From NCBI GenBank assembly GCA_910578035.1, contig CAJTOB010000008.1, positions 1,801 to 65,800 of the forward strand: 64,000 bases of DNA. The letters are read 5' to 3'. This document shows, piece by piece, positions 30,077 to 40,099 of the stretch (within the stretch, counting starts at the first letter, position 1; each line of letters starts with the position of its first letter). This stretch comes from an uncultured Muribaculaceae bacterium. GTDB taxonomy: Bacteria; Bacteroidota; Bacteroidia; Bacteroidales; Muribaculaceae. The position numbers were made by a program, and so were the translations under genes. The notes under the pieces are model-generated. The model had not been told where the DNA came from. It was given only the letters and a program-made list of their open reading frames with translations, and made no database searches.

Positions 30077-31858
30077 TTACCAACCGGGGTTCTGTTCAAG
30101 CTTGAGGCCCTTGTCGGCATAGAGCTTTATAATGGTGGTGCCGAGGGGCTGCAGATATTCACGCTCGTTAAAGGTACGTACCTGTGTCACGTTAGCATTC
30201 TGAGCAGCGTTGATATATCCGTTGCTTGTATATACACCTTCCAGCTGAGTCGCTGTAGCGGTCGATACATTGGCACCGCAAGCGATGTTCGGATACTTGG
30301 AGGTATCCAGAAGGTCGAGCTTGTGCCAGCGGATAAGATCCCAATAGCGATGATACTGGTCGAACATCAGCTCGCAACGGCGGCAACGGCGGATTTCCCA
30401 CAGAAGGCTGGATACTCCCATGTTGTTGGCGGGGTCTCCCATGCTCGAAAGACTTGCCACAGTTTGTGCGGGAAGACCGGCACGCTCGTAAAGTTTGTTG
30501 ATAGTATTATTGAGGTCGGCATCTGTAAGCGCGCCTGTTTCCGCACGGGCTTCGGCATAGTCAAGATAGATATTGGCAAGCCAGTAAAGAGGCGCACAGG
30601 TATAGTTGGTATTGTCTGTCGCGGTCTGTCCGTAAGGAATATTCGGATTGATATACTTGCAGATAGTATAGCCTGTATTTGACGACAGATTGTCAGAGTT
30701 CGAACGCGAGAATGTCACGTTCTTTCCAAAAGCCAGTTTGGGGTCGATAGTCTGAGCGAGACGATTGTCGCGTGTTGCGAGCGCCTTGCTGATATCGAGA
30801 CCTACTGCATTGCCCTCGCCGTCGAGAATCAGTTCAGGAACGTCAGATGTGTTTTCCGAAGTAAGCGCACGAGGCTTGCCGTCTTTGAAAAGGTAAGCAT
30901 CGAAGGCGTCCTTTGTCATGCCGGCGATAGGTGTGTTCGAACTCAGATACTTGAGCATGGAGTGCGTGAGCGAACCCAATTTATAACCCTTCATGAATAT
31001 TACCTCGGGGTTATCTACAAGGCTCGACAGGCCAAGAGCCGCGTCTGCAACAAATACTGAATTGTACAGCGAGCGGTAGTCATTGCACAGAGTATATGAA
31101 TCCATCACCTCCTTGCAGGCCTTTATCACTTCACTGTAGTATTTATTGGCACGGGTTTCGTCTTTCTGGTGGTATCTTGCATAAGAGGCCTCATAGAGAC
31201 AGATTTCCGACTTCATTGCATTTGCCAGATCCCGGCTCATTTCGAGCTTGTCTTTCTGCGCCATGATATTCTCTACGGCGAAGTTTAGGTCATCGAGCAC
31301 GAAATCCATCACCTCGTTACGAGGGGTACGCGGGCCAAAGAGCACATCTGAAGAGGGGTCCAGCACTTCAGTTACCAGAGGCACATCGCCAAGAGCGCGG
31401 ACGAGTTCCCAATACTGCTGTGCGCGTATCAGACGGGCCTTGGCAATGAAATCGTTATTCTCGGTCGGATTGGCAACATTTGAATTGTTAATGATATAGT
31501 TGCACTTGCGCACAACCTGATATGTGGCATCCCACACGCTGTTGGATTCAGGAGCATACTGGTATTCCCATTCGGCAAACACAATACCCGAACCAGACTG
31601 CATGCGCGCGCTCTGGTCGTCGCTCAGAGAGCGGTAATAGAAGTTGTTGCTCCATGAAGCACCATTTCCATATCCGAGGAAATTGGAGTAAAGTCCGTTT
31701 ACCTGAGCTTCGAGGTTCTGCTTGCTCGTCCAGTATTCAGGATTGTCGGTCTGTTTGTCAAGAGGGAAACGGTTCCTGTCGAGGAAATCGTCGCAACTTG
31801 CAGTAGTAGCGAGGCCGGCAGCAAGAAGGCCGTATATAAATATTTTATTGAGTTTCAT
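30077..31858 (-). CDS. SusD/RagB-family glycan-binding lipoprotein
   Basis: Lipobox TASC followed by DDFLD; GDVPL, EIRRCRRCELMF, RYWDLIRW and C-terminal QNPGW; lies downstream of susC. Confidence 0.93.
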   Translation of the reverse strand: MKLNKIFIYGLLAAGLATTASCDDFLDRNRFPLDKQTDNPEYWTSKQNLEAQVNGLYSNFLGYGNGASWSNNFYYRSLSDDQSARMQSGSGIVFAEWEYQYAPESNSVWDATYQVVRKCNYIINNSNVANPTENNDFIAKARLIRAQQYWELVRALGDVPLVTEVLDPSSDVLFGPRTPRNEVMDFVLDDLNFAVENIMAQKDKLEMSRDLANAMKSEICLYEASYARYHQKDETRANKYYSEVIKACKEVMDSYTLCNDYRSLYNSVFVADAALGLSSLVDNPEVIFMKGYKLGSLTHSMLKYLSSNTPIAGMTKDAFDAYLFKDGKPRALTSENTSDVPELILDGEGNAVGLDISKALATRDNRLAQTIDPKLAFGKNVTFSRSNSDNLSSNTGYTICKYINPNIPYGQTATDNTNYTCAPLYWLANIYLDYAEARAETGALTDADLNNTINKLYERAGLPAQTVASLSSMGDPANNMGVSSLLWEIRRCRRCELMFDQYHRYWDLIRWHKLDLLDTSKYPNIACGANVSTATATQLEGVYTSNGYINAAQNANVTQVRTFNEREYLQPLGTTIIKLYADKGLKLEQNPGW

Positions 31859-31871
31859 ATGTGAGTTGATT

Positions 31872-34800
31872 TTAGAAAGTTACCTGAACACCGAATGAAT
31901 ACGATTTCATCATAGGATTGGCATAACCGAAGGAAGCCACGCCCTCGCCTGCCGCAACATCGGAGATTTCAGGGTCTATGCTATGCTTGCCGGCTCCATT
32001 GTAGATGAAGAACGGGTTTTCCGCGCTGAAATAAACACGAGCTTTCTGGATATAAGCCTTCTTTGTGATATCAGCAGGAATAGTATAGCCTAATGTGATG
32101 TTTTTCATGCGCAGATAAGCCATGTTGACAAGATAGCGGTCAGAGAGGACGAAGTTATTCTTACCCTGACGGCAAGTATTGCCGAAACGATAGTTGAAAC
32201 CGAAGTCGCCCGAAGTGAGAACGGGATATTCGTTGTTCTGATTGATTTCGTAATCTACAATTTGGTCGTTCTCGTTTACAACATATTTATTGTAGCTCAT
32301 CATATGCTGGAAGAAACCGTCGTTCTTGGACGCGAAAGGCATGGTAAACTTACTGATCTGCCACATTTTTCGCTGTCCGATACCCTGGAAGAAGAAATCG
32401 ATATCAAATCCTTTCCATGCAGCACCGATGCGGAATGAATATTCATAACGGGGAAGGGCGTTGCCGACAACCTTGAGGTCGCCGTGGTTGGCGAGGGTTC
32501 CGACAGGAACCATTTTTGATCTGTCTGCTTCGTTGGGAGCCTTGAGCGCAGCCTCGGCATCTGCATAACCGGGGTCTCCGGCCACGTAGTACTTGCCGTT
32601 CCATTCTATCATCGTAGGATCACCGTTGTTTATCACACCGTCGCCGTTAAGGTCTTTGAACTTCACGTCGCCGGGGCCGAAAGTGAACGGATCCCATGCG
32701 AGATAGCTCTGGTCGGGTGTATTTTCGCCATACTGCCATACGCCTTTATCGTCTTTGCCGACGAAGTCGCCTACTTCGAAGAAGCGGTCGTATTCGAAAC
32801 CCCAGATATCACCGAAAGTCTGGCCTTCATAGAAACGGTATCCGTCTACACCTGCACACCATGAATATAGAGACTTGCTTTCATTGCTGCCCCATTTGGT
32901 CACCTTGCTGCGGGCATCGCCGATAGTAGCGCCGGCCCATACGTCCCAGTCGCCGAAGGAATGGTTGAAATTAACAGAAAGTTCCCAGCCGTTGGTTCGC
33001 ATACGGCCGCCGTTTTCGAGTGGTGAAGATGCTCCGAGGGTCGACGGCAGAGGCATGCCGGGAGCGAGCATATCGCGGGTCTCGCGACTGTACCAGTCGA
33101 ACGAAGCGCTGAGCGAGTTGTTGAAGAAACCAAGGTCGATGCCGATGTCGGTGGTTATCACTCGTTCCCATGTAAGAGAGGTAGCAACGAGAGTGGGTGT
33201 TCCGGCCGAACTGATGCATGTACCCGACGAGTTTATCCAGTTGACATTCTGGTTGCCCAGAGTGATAGTGGATATAAACTGGTTGGCTGCCAGATTTTCA
33301 TTGCCCAGGTGGCCGTATGAAGCACGCAGCTTACCGTTGCTCCACCAGTTGCTCAGAGGTTTGAAGAACGATTCTTCCGAGAAACGCCAGCCGGCGGAAG
33401 CCGACGGAAAGAATGCCCATTGCTTATGTGCGGGGAAGCGTGTAGAGCCGTCGTAGCGGCCATTGAATTCGAGAAGATAGCGGCCGAGATAATCGTAGTT
33501 CACACGACCGAAGAAACCGGCGGTTGCGCGGTGGCCCGAACCACCGGTAAGATAATACGAGCTTGCTTCTGTACCATTGGTAAGGTTGATTTCGGGCAGT
33601 TTATAATCGACCAAACCATAACGGGCTCCGGCCAGATTGTCGTAGCGCATCTGCTCGGCAGAGAAACCAAGCATCACTTTCAGATTGTGAGCCTGTGCGA
33701 AGTTCTTGGCATATGTTGCGAAGACGTTAGTTGTCCAACGGTCCATATCGTCTTTTTCCTGGAATGCGCGTGTACGCTCCTGTCCGGCTGTAGGCCATGT
33801 AAAGGGTGTAAAGGCCTTGTTGCCCCATTCCCACATCGTCATTTCCTGCCACGAAGCATGCGAGCTGAAAGTGCGGTAATCGTATGTGAAATCGGCCTGA
33901 AGGGTAAGACCCTTTATAATTTCAGCCTGCGCCCAGGCCTGCATACGGCTCTGTCGGGTCACAGCCTTGTCGGTAGGAGCAAGTATAAGCTGGCTGAGCG
34001 TATTGCGGAAGGGAATTTCGGCATTTGTGGTTGGGTCGGGCATCCAGCCGTAGGTCTGCATGTAGGGAGCCCAGCGCCACACATACTGATACACGTTGTT
34101 GGGAGTATTCGGTTCGGTATACTCACGCTGTGTAAAGCTCAGTCGTGTACCGGCCTTCAGCCACTTGGTGATATCCGTAGATATATTGGCATTTGCCATA
34201 TAGCGGCTCATCTTGTCGGGGTTGAAGCGCAGCAGACCCTGCTTCGAATCGTAGCCGAACGAAAGACGGTACTGAGTCTTGCCCGATGTTCCTTCGAGGG
34301 TGACATTGTGTTTCTGCGAAGGAGCTGCATTGTCGAACATAAGTTTCTTCACATCCCAGTCGGCATAGCGGAGCCAGTTGCCGTCGGAAGTAAGGATATA
34401 GTCGCCTACATTGTTCTCGTCAACATAAGGCATCATCTGGCGATAGTCTGTATAGCGCTTGCCTCCATGCTGCTCCTGCCATGCCTTGGCATAAGGCAAA
34501 AGGTCTTTGTAGAACATACCGCCTACTTCGGTCTTGGCGTTGGCGCCGGTCGGATTGCGGTAGTAAGCCTGCAGTGAAGCCTCAAGCTGGTCTACGGTGT
34601 TTACGAATTCGGGTAGAATCGTAGCACTGCTCCATGCGAAATTATTGCTGTACGACACCGAAACCTTGTCCTTGGACGAAGCGCCTTTTGTAGTGATAAG
34701 AATCACACCGAAAGCGGCACGGGAGCCATATACGGCTGCCGATGCGGCATCTTTAAGCACCGATATATCCTGTATATCGTTGGGGTCTATAAAGTTGAGG

Positions 34801-35408
34801 TTGTCTACAGGCACACCGTCGACCACTATAAGTGGGTCAGAGCTCTGTCCGTTGGTAAGAGTTCCGACACCGCGGATACGTATGCTTGCGTCGGAGGCTA
34901 TACCACCGTTCGTATTGGTAATGGTAAGACCAGGGATAGCACCTTGCAGCGCTTTCGTAACGTCCTGAACCGGACGGCTCTCCATCGTGCGGGCAACGTC
35001 GACTGTTGCGACCGCGCCGGTGAGGTTGGCTCGTTTCTGCGTGCCATAACCGATGGCAACAAGCTCGTTAAGCTGCTCGGTTGTCGGCTGGAGATACACC
35101 ATCATACCTTGTGATGCATTCATCACAACGGTCTTATAGCCAACATAGCTGATTTCAAGAGGTGTGCCAGGAACCACCTTGATTGCGAAATTTCCTTCGA
35201 AATCAGTGGCCGCGCCATTTCGGCTTGTGCCTTTTTGCACCACACTTGCTCCGATAACCGGCTCATTGTTCTCATCGAGGACTGTACCGTTGATGATAAC
35301 AGCCGACTGGCTCTGTGATTGAGGCACAGGTTCGGCAAAAGCAGCAAATGAGCCACTGAATGGCATCCCTGTCATCAACAGCAGAGCTACTAATAGATGT
35401 TTTTTCAT
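31872..35408 (-). CDS. SusC/RagA-family TonB-dependent transporter
   Basis: EPVIGASV, GYGTQKRANLTGAV, DISVLKDAASAAVYGSRAAFGVILIT, RYDGSTRF and C-terminal GVQVTF. Confidence 0.96.
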   Translation of the reverse strand: MKKHLLVALLLMTGMPFSGSFAAFAEPVPQSQSQSAVIINGTVLDENNEPVIGASVVQKGTSRNGAATDFEGNFAIKVVPGTPLEISYVGYKTVVMNASQGMMVYLQPTTEQLNELVAIGYGTQKRANLTGAVATVDVARTMESRPVQDVTKALQGAIPGLTITNTNGGIASDASIRIRGVGTLTNGQSSDPLIVVDGVPVDNLNFIDPNDIQDISVLKDAASAAVYGSRAAFGVILITTKGASSKDKVSVSYSNNFAWSSATILPEFVNTVDQLEASLQAYYRNPTGANAKTEVGGMFYKDLLPYAKAWQEQHGGKRYTDYRQMMPYVDENNVGDYILTSDGNWLRYADWDVKKLMFDNAAPSQKHNVTLEGTSGKTQYRLSFGYDSKQGLLRFNPDKMSRYMANANISTDITKWLKAGTRLSFTQREYTEPNTPNNVYQYVWRWAPYMQTYGWMPDPTTNAEIPFRNTLSQLILAPTDKAVTRQSRMQAWAQAEIIKGLTLQADFTYDYRTFSSHASWQEMTMWEWGNKAFTPFTWPTAGQERTRAFQEKDDMDRWTTNVFATYAKNFAQAHNLKVMLGFSAEQMRYDNLAGARYGLVDYKLPEINLTNGTEASSYYLTGGSGHRATAGFFGRVNYDYLGRYLLEFNGRYDGSTRFPAHKQWAFFPSASAGWRFSEESFFKPLSNWWSNGKLRASYGHLGNENLAANQFISTITLGNQNVNWINSSGTCISSAGTPTLVATSLTWERVITTDIGIDLGFFNNSLSASFDWYSRETRDMLAPGMPLPSTLGASSPLENGGRMRTNGWELSVNFNHSFGDWDVWAGATIGDARSKVTKWGSNESKSLYSWCAGVDGYRFYEGQTFGDIWGFEYDRFFEVGDFVGKDDKGVWQYGENTPDQSYLAWDPFTFGPGDVKFKDLNGDGVINNGDPTMIEWNGKYYVAGDPGYADAEAALKAPNEADRSKMVPVGTLANHGDLKVVGNALPRYEYSFRIGAAWKGFDIDFFFQGIGQRKMWQISKFTMPFASKNDGFFQHMMSYNKYVVNENDQIVDYEINQNNEYPVLTSGDFGFNYRFGNTCRQGKNNFVLSDRYLVNMAYLRMKNITLGYTIPADITKKAYIQKARVYFSAENPFFIYNGAGKHSIDPEISDVAAGEGVASFGYANPMMKSYSFGVQVTF

Positions 35409-35553
35409 ATGAATAGATTTGGTTCAAAAAATGCATTTTTAGTATAGAATTCCTCTACACCTCAAAACATTAACGGCTTGTTATATTTTTTAAGTATTTT
35501 ATAGCTCAGTTAATTTTGCGTAAATTTAGATAATCTTTCTTCAATATATACTA

Positions 35554-35565
35554 CCCCCCCCCCCC
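35554..35565. repeat. C12 homopolymer tract in the susC upstream region
   Basis: Twelve consecutive C within otherwise very AT-rich DNA. Confidence 0.9.
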
Positions 35566-35632
35566 GTTTTAATATATATTAACAATTATTCATATATTTT
35601 CAAGCGCAGCAGCGCCGCAAACATATTCGCCC

Positions 35633-35667
35633 AAAGAAAAGGGCGCCCGGCATAGTGCGGGGCGCCC
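35633..35667 (-). terminator. Terminator closing the GH31-to-SGNH operon
   Basis: GGGCGCCCGGCA-TAG-TGCGGGGCGCCC stem (one mismatch); the minus strand continues TTTTCTTT. Confidence 0.75.
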
Positions 35668-35700
35668 CAAGAGCTTGTTTATTACCTAAGTGACTGCTTA

Positions 35701-36405
35701 TTATTTGCGGCGGAGGGTCTTGTCGATGACGGCCTTGACTATTGGCTCCATCACCTCGTAGCCGGCGTGTGTGGGGTGCACGCCGTCGTTGCTGTATGCG
35801 GGGTTCATGGTGCCGTCGGGGCCGGCCACCATAGCGCTGTAGTAGTCTACATACGGTAGTTTGTTGGCATCGGCATAGTCTTTTATGAGCTTATTGATGG
35901 TTTTCACCCGCTCGGGGGCGTCTTTGATTGCAGGATTCCAGCCGAAGGTCGTGGCGGGGAGCGTAGAGGCTATTATCACCTTTATTCCGTTGGCCTTGGC
36001 AAGCTCTACCATAGACATGACATTGCCGAGGGTGATTTCGGGGTTGAAGGCGTGAGTATTCTCGGCACAGTCGTTGGTGCCGGCGTTGATAACCACTACC
36101 TCAGGCTTGAGATTGATTACGTCCTCGCGGAAACGGAGCAGGAACTGGTAGGAAGTCTGCCCGCTGATGCCGCGGCCGATGTAGTTGTTGGCAGTAAAGA
36201 AATTGGGGCGCATGTTGGCCCAGTGGTCGGTAATGGAGTTGCCCATAAACACAACCCTGTGCTCGCCCTTTGCGGGAGCGGACAGCTCCTTGTTGGCCTG
36301 TGCATAGCGGCCATGCTGCGCCCAGTCGCGATTCTGCGCGGAGAGTTGCACGGTTGAGAACAGCATGGCGGCTACAACAGCTATTTTGAAAAAGTCAGTT
36401 TTCAT
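35701..36405 (-). CDS. SGNH/GDSL esterase, probably a carbohydrate de-O-acylase
   Basis: GNSIT, RGISGQT, GTND and DGVHP blocks; signal peptide. Confidence 0.88.
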   Translation of the reverse strand: MKTDFFKIAVVAAMLFSTVQLSAQNRDWAQHGRYAQANKELSAPAKGEHRVVFMGNSITDHWANMRPNFFTANNYIGRGISGQTSYQFLLRFREDVINLKPEVVVINAGTNDCAENTHAFNPEITLGNVMSMVELAKANGIKVIIASTLPATTFGWNPAIKDAPERVKTINKLIKDYADANKLPYVDYYSAMVAGPDGTMNPAYSNDGVHPTHAGYEVMEPIVKAVIDKTLRRK

Positions 36406-36412
36406 TATCAGG

Positions 36413-36461
36413 GGTTAGTGGTGAGAGCTTAGCGGTTAGCGGCTCACTAACCACTAAGCTC
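36413..36461. repeat. Intergenic hairpin built from TTAG(C/T)GG heptamers
   Basis: GAGCTTAGCGGTTAG (36425-36439) pairs with CTAACCACTAAGCTC (36447-36461); an extra TTAGTGG lies at 36415. Confidence 0.7.
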
Positions 36462-36468
36462 ACGAAAA

Positions 36469-39400
36469 TCAATATACAGCAAATTCGTAGATGCGGGTGT
36501 CGACACCTCCGGCCGACTGCTGAGGCTGCACCACCATAAGACGGAGATAGCGGGCATCGACAGGAGCCGTGAGCTTGCGGCTAACGGTGTTTCGCTTGTT
36601 GCCGACCATGGTATCGATGGTTTTCCAGTCTTCGCTCTTGTCGTTGCGGGCCTGGAGGAGGCATGATACTGTGACATACGACGGATTTTCCGAACCGGCA
36701 TTTGTAAGGGCCCATTCGCTCATGGTGCGTGTCTCGCCGAGGTCATATTCCACATAGCTTGGAATGCCGGTGATATCGCACCATTTGGTAGTTACGTCGC
36801 CGTCGTGGAGGAAACGGGGGTGTTCGCGGTCGTTGACATGGCCCGACCATGCCACGATGTGCTCGGGCTTGAGAATGCTCTCGCGCACACGGGCCGCAGC
36901 GGCAGTTCCGCGTGTGCTCTTGCCGTCGAACGATGTGCGGAACAGAGTCGAAAGAGCTTCGGGCTTTCTGGCGTCTTCCTTGGCGAGAGTGGCAGAGAAG
37001 AGCACCAGGGCGGGATTGTCGGGAAGGATTATTTCTTTGGCTCCGGCAGGAATATCGATGCCGTATTTGAACATATATGTGAACTCGTAGGGGTGGTCGC
37101 CGGCGGCAGAGTGGCGGTGAGTGCCAGTATATGCCACTTCGTCGGGCTCGAGGTAGCCTTCGGTGTGGTTGGTGTGGCCCCACTGCCCGATAAAGCCTGT
37201 ATATGAGGGCACGCTCAGAGTTGTAACGGCCTTTCCGGCGCGGAATGTACCCTCGGCGCGGACATCTTCAGTAGCGGCGGCGGCGAGCACATAGAGGCGG
37301 TTATATTTGCCTGCGGGGAGGGCTATTGTATCGCCTTTGCAGACTTTGCCGTTTAGCAGAGCGGTGTTTTCGAGTTCGAAAGGCACACCCGAGGCGGTGA
37401 GCGACGCAGGCACGAGCTCGGCGGCATAGGCATATCCTCCGTGGAAGTCGGCGTCGCCGGCGAAGCGGTTCCAACTGAAGCACTTCTTGTCGTAATCGAG
37501 AGGAAGGGCGGCATATGAGGCAGTGCGTGCGGCTTCGGCAGGGGCGAATTTCACCTTATATGTGCCGATACCGTTGGCTCCGACAGCTACATTGAGCTTA
37601 TTGCCGCTGAACGAAGCCTCGCCGATGGTTTTCTCGGTGCCGTCGGCCTTGGCGGCGGCAATAATCGGACGGGCGAAGGTAACAGAGCCCTTGCCGCCGT
37701 TGCCGGAGGCGTCGTAGACGCGGACAACATACTCGTCGGTACTTTCGGCCTTCTTGAGGGCCTTGATGGCGAGGTCGCTGTTGTCGATAGAGGCAAGCGA
37801 GAACGATTTGCCCAGAGCGCCGGCATGCTTGGTGGCCGAGAAGGCCTTTATGCGCTGGTTGAGAGCGTCGGCACGGCGTCCGGCATCGGCCTTGTCGAGC
37901 TTGCCGCTGTGGCCGTTGAGGCTGTAGGTGAATGTATGACGGCCCCAGTCCTGATGGTCCTGATAGGCATATCCGCGTTTGGTCTTGGGCGTGTGCAGGA
38001 GGGTGAGACGGATAGTGTTGTTGTCGGGCTTATCCCAGCCGTATTTGCAGTCGTTCATCACGGTGACGCCGTAGTCGCCGCTGCGGTCGGTGAGGTCGGC
38101 CCAGCGCTGTGCATATACCTCGTAGGCATTGATTTTATTGTTACCGCGGTCTACGGTGCCCACACCGAGGTCGTAGCAAGCGGTCTCGTTTGCAACCGAG
38201 AGGGGGAATTCGGCCTTTACGAGGGCGTTTGTCGTGGCCCAGTCAACCTCGTTGTAGAAGTCGATACGGTCAGCAAGGGCGCCTTCGTAGAGGTGTATGT
38301 ACTGGCGGAACTTAGAGTCGCCATGGCCTTTTTCAACGCAGAGAGTGGTGCGCAGCGGACCGTTCTCAACGATGGCAGTCTTCACATTGTCGGCAATCGA
38401 CACGGGCTCGCGATCGATGGTTTCCTTGAGGATTTCCCATGCGGGCCATTCGAACGACTCGTTTTCGGTGAAGATAGCCAGACGGATAGCCTTGCCGGGC
38501 TTGACGAGTTCTTTGCCGGCCTTCTTGTCGTAGAGCGATGTGATGTCGCCCTTACCGTCGAGGGTCAGCTTATATACAGAGTTTTCGATAGTGTTTGCGG
38601 CCAGAGCCGATGGTGCCTTGGCCGAGCCGGAGAAGCGGAGGTCGTAGACGGCATAGCCGTTGGCGGGCACGGTAGCTTCTACAAGCACAATGGCCTTGCC
38701 GTCGGTGCAGCCAAGGAGCTGGGCGGCTGCGGGCTTGCCCCGGTGGTCGTAGGCGGCTACTTTGCCCGGTTTGCCCTTCACGGGCACTTCAAGCTGCACC
38801 ACATCGGTGGCTTCGTGGCCGAGAGCGTTGTAGAGCACAACGGGTGTGCCTTTGGTACGTGTGTCGAGCTGAGAGGCGACTGCGCCTGTGCTGTGGGCAA
38901 TGATATCTGAGAACTGCTTGAGCGAAAGGAGCTCGTCGTTCCATGAAAATTCGTAGGCACGGGGGATAGAGGTGCCGGTGAGGTCGTCGTGGAACTGATG
39001 GAAGATGAATCGCTGCCACGACTCAGTGAGAGCCGCGCCCGGATAATCGGCAGCCCCGAGCATTTCTGCGGCAACCGACGCACGCTCGGCGGCGTCGCCG
39101 AGGAGCTCGTTCTGGCGATTATAGAGCTTCATTGCGGCCTGCGAGGTGTAGCAGCCGGTGCCGTGCACGTCCATGAGGAGCTCGCCGTCGTAGCGGGGCA
39201 GCTCGGGGTGCGACGAATAAGGCATATAATCCTTGAAAATCTGGTCGGAGGTAGCGCTGACAATCTTCACCGAGCCATTTTTGCCCACAGCGCGGTCAAC
39301 GGCGTCGACCGAGGTGATTGTCGGCGAGCCGCCTATGTCGCCGGTGCCGTAGTAGTGGAAGAGGACTCCGAGGCCGTTTTCGGCGGTGCGCTTCTTGAGC

Positions 39401-40086
39401 ATTTCGTTTTCGGTAAGGTCCTCGTTCTTCCAGCGGTGACCGTAGCTGTAGCCATGGGTCATCATAATCTCGGAACCGTCGACACCTTTCCATATACCGA
39501 CGTTGAAGGGATATTTCATATCGCCGTGGAAGGGATTGTTGCGCCAGCCGAGTTTCTGCGACGAGAAACCGATGAGGCCGCAGTGCGAGGCTACGGTCGG
39601 AAGGGTCCAGCCGAAACCGAAGCAGTCGGGCAGGAAGATGTCGGTGCTTTCGACACCGAACTCGCGGCGATAGTACTCCTGGCCGAGCATTACATTGCGT
39701 ATTGCCGACTCGATAGAGGGCACGATTGCGTCGGTAGCATCCCAGCTTGCGCCGCAGATGTGCCAACGTCCGTCGGCTATATACTTCTTCATCAGCTCGT
39801 ATTCGCGGGGGAAGTATTCCTTCATCCAGGCGTATTTGACGCCTCCCTCGAAGTTGAACACATAATTGGGATATTTATCGAGAAGTTTGAGGTTCATGTC
39901 GATGGTGTTCCAGACATATTCCTTGATAGTGGTCTGGATATCCCAGTTCCACTGTGTGTCGAGGTGTGCGTCGGACACCAGATAGGCGGTAGGCTGTTTG
40001 GCCTCGGTCGGCTCGGCGGCAATGGCGCCGGCCGCTCCGGCGAGCAGCGAGAGTGCGGCAAGGCAGGTCTTCGGAGCTATTTTCAT
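36469..40086 (-). CDS. GH38 alpha-mannosidase with a C-terminal F5/8-type (CBM32-like) domain
   Basis: AHLDTQW, LPDCFG (nucleophile), HQFHDDLTG and C-terminal DGDVTTKW...ARYLRL; signal peptide from ATG 40086. Confidence 0.92.
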   Translation of the reverse strand: MKIAPKTCLAALSLLAGAAGAIAAEPTEAKQPTAYLVSDAHLDTQWNWDIQTTIKEYVWNTIDMNLKLLDKYPNYVFNFEGGVKYAWMKEYFPREYELMKKYIADGRWHICGASWDATDAIVPSIESAIRNVMLGQEYYRREFGVESTDIFLPDCFGFGWTLPTVASHCGLIGFSSQKLGWRNNPFHGDMKYPFNVGIWKGVDGSEIMMTHGYSYGHRWKNEDLTENEMLKKRTAENGLGVLFHYYGTGDIGGSPTITSVDAVDRAVGKNGSVKIVSATSDQIFKDYMPYSSHPELPRYDGELLMDVHGTGCYTSQAAMKLYNRQNELLGDAAERASVAAEMLGAADYPGAALTESWQRFIFHQFHDDLTGTSIPRAYEFSWNDELLSLKQFSDIIAHSTGAVASQLDTRTKGTPVVLYNALGHEATDVVQLEVPVKGKPGKVAAYDHRGKPAAAQLLGCTDGKAIVLVEATVPANGYAVYDLRFSGSAKAPSALAANTIENSVYKLTLDGKGDITSLYDKKAGKELVKPGKAIRLAIFTENESFEWPAWEILKETIDREPVSIADNVKTAIVENGPLRTTLCVEKGHGDSKFRQYIHLYEGALADRIDFYNEVDWATTNALVKAEFPLSVANETACYDLGVGTVDRGNNKINAYEVYAQRWADLTDRSGDYGVTVMNDCKYGWDKPDNNTIRLTLLHTPKTKRGYAYQDHQDWGRHTFTYSLNGHSGKLDKADAGRRADALNQRIKAFSATKHAGALGKSFSLASIDNSDLAIKALKKAESTDEYVVRVYDASGNGGKGSVTFARPIIAAAKADGTEKTIGEASFSGNKLNVAVGANGIGTYKVKFAPAEAARTASYAALPLDYDKKCFSWNRFAGDADFHGGYAYAAELVPASLTASGVPFELENTALLNGKVCKGDTIALPAGKYNRLYVLAAAATEDVRAEGTFRAGKAVTTLSVPSYTGFIGQWGHTNHTEGYLEPDEVAYTGTHRHSAAGDHPYEFTYMFKYGIDIPAGAKEIILPDNPALVLFSATLAKEDARKPEALSTLFRTSFDGKSTRGTAAAARVRESILKPEHIVAWSGHVNDREHPRFLHDGDVTTKWCDITGIPSYVEYDLGETRTMSEWALTNAGSENPSYVTVSCLLQARNDKSEDWKTIDTMVGNKRNTVSRKLTAPVDARYLRLMVVQPQQSAGGVDTRIYEFAVY

Positions 40087-40099
40087 GATTGATTCAGTT

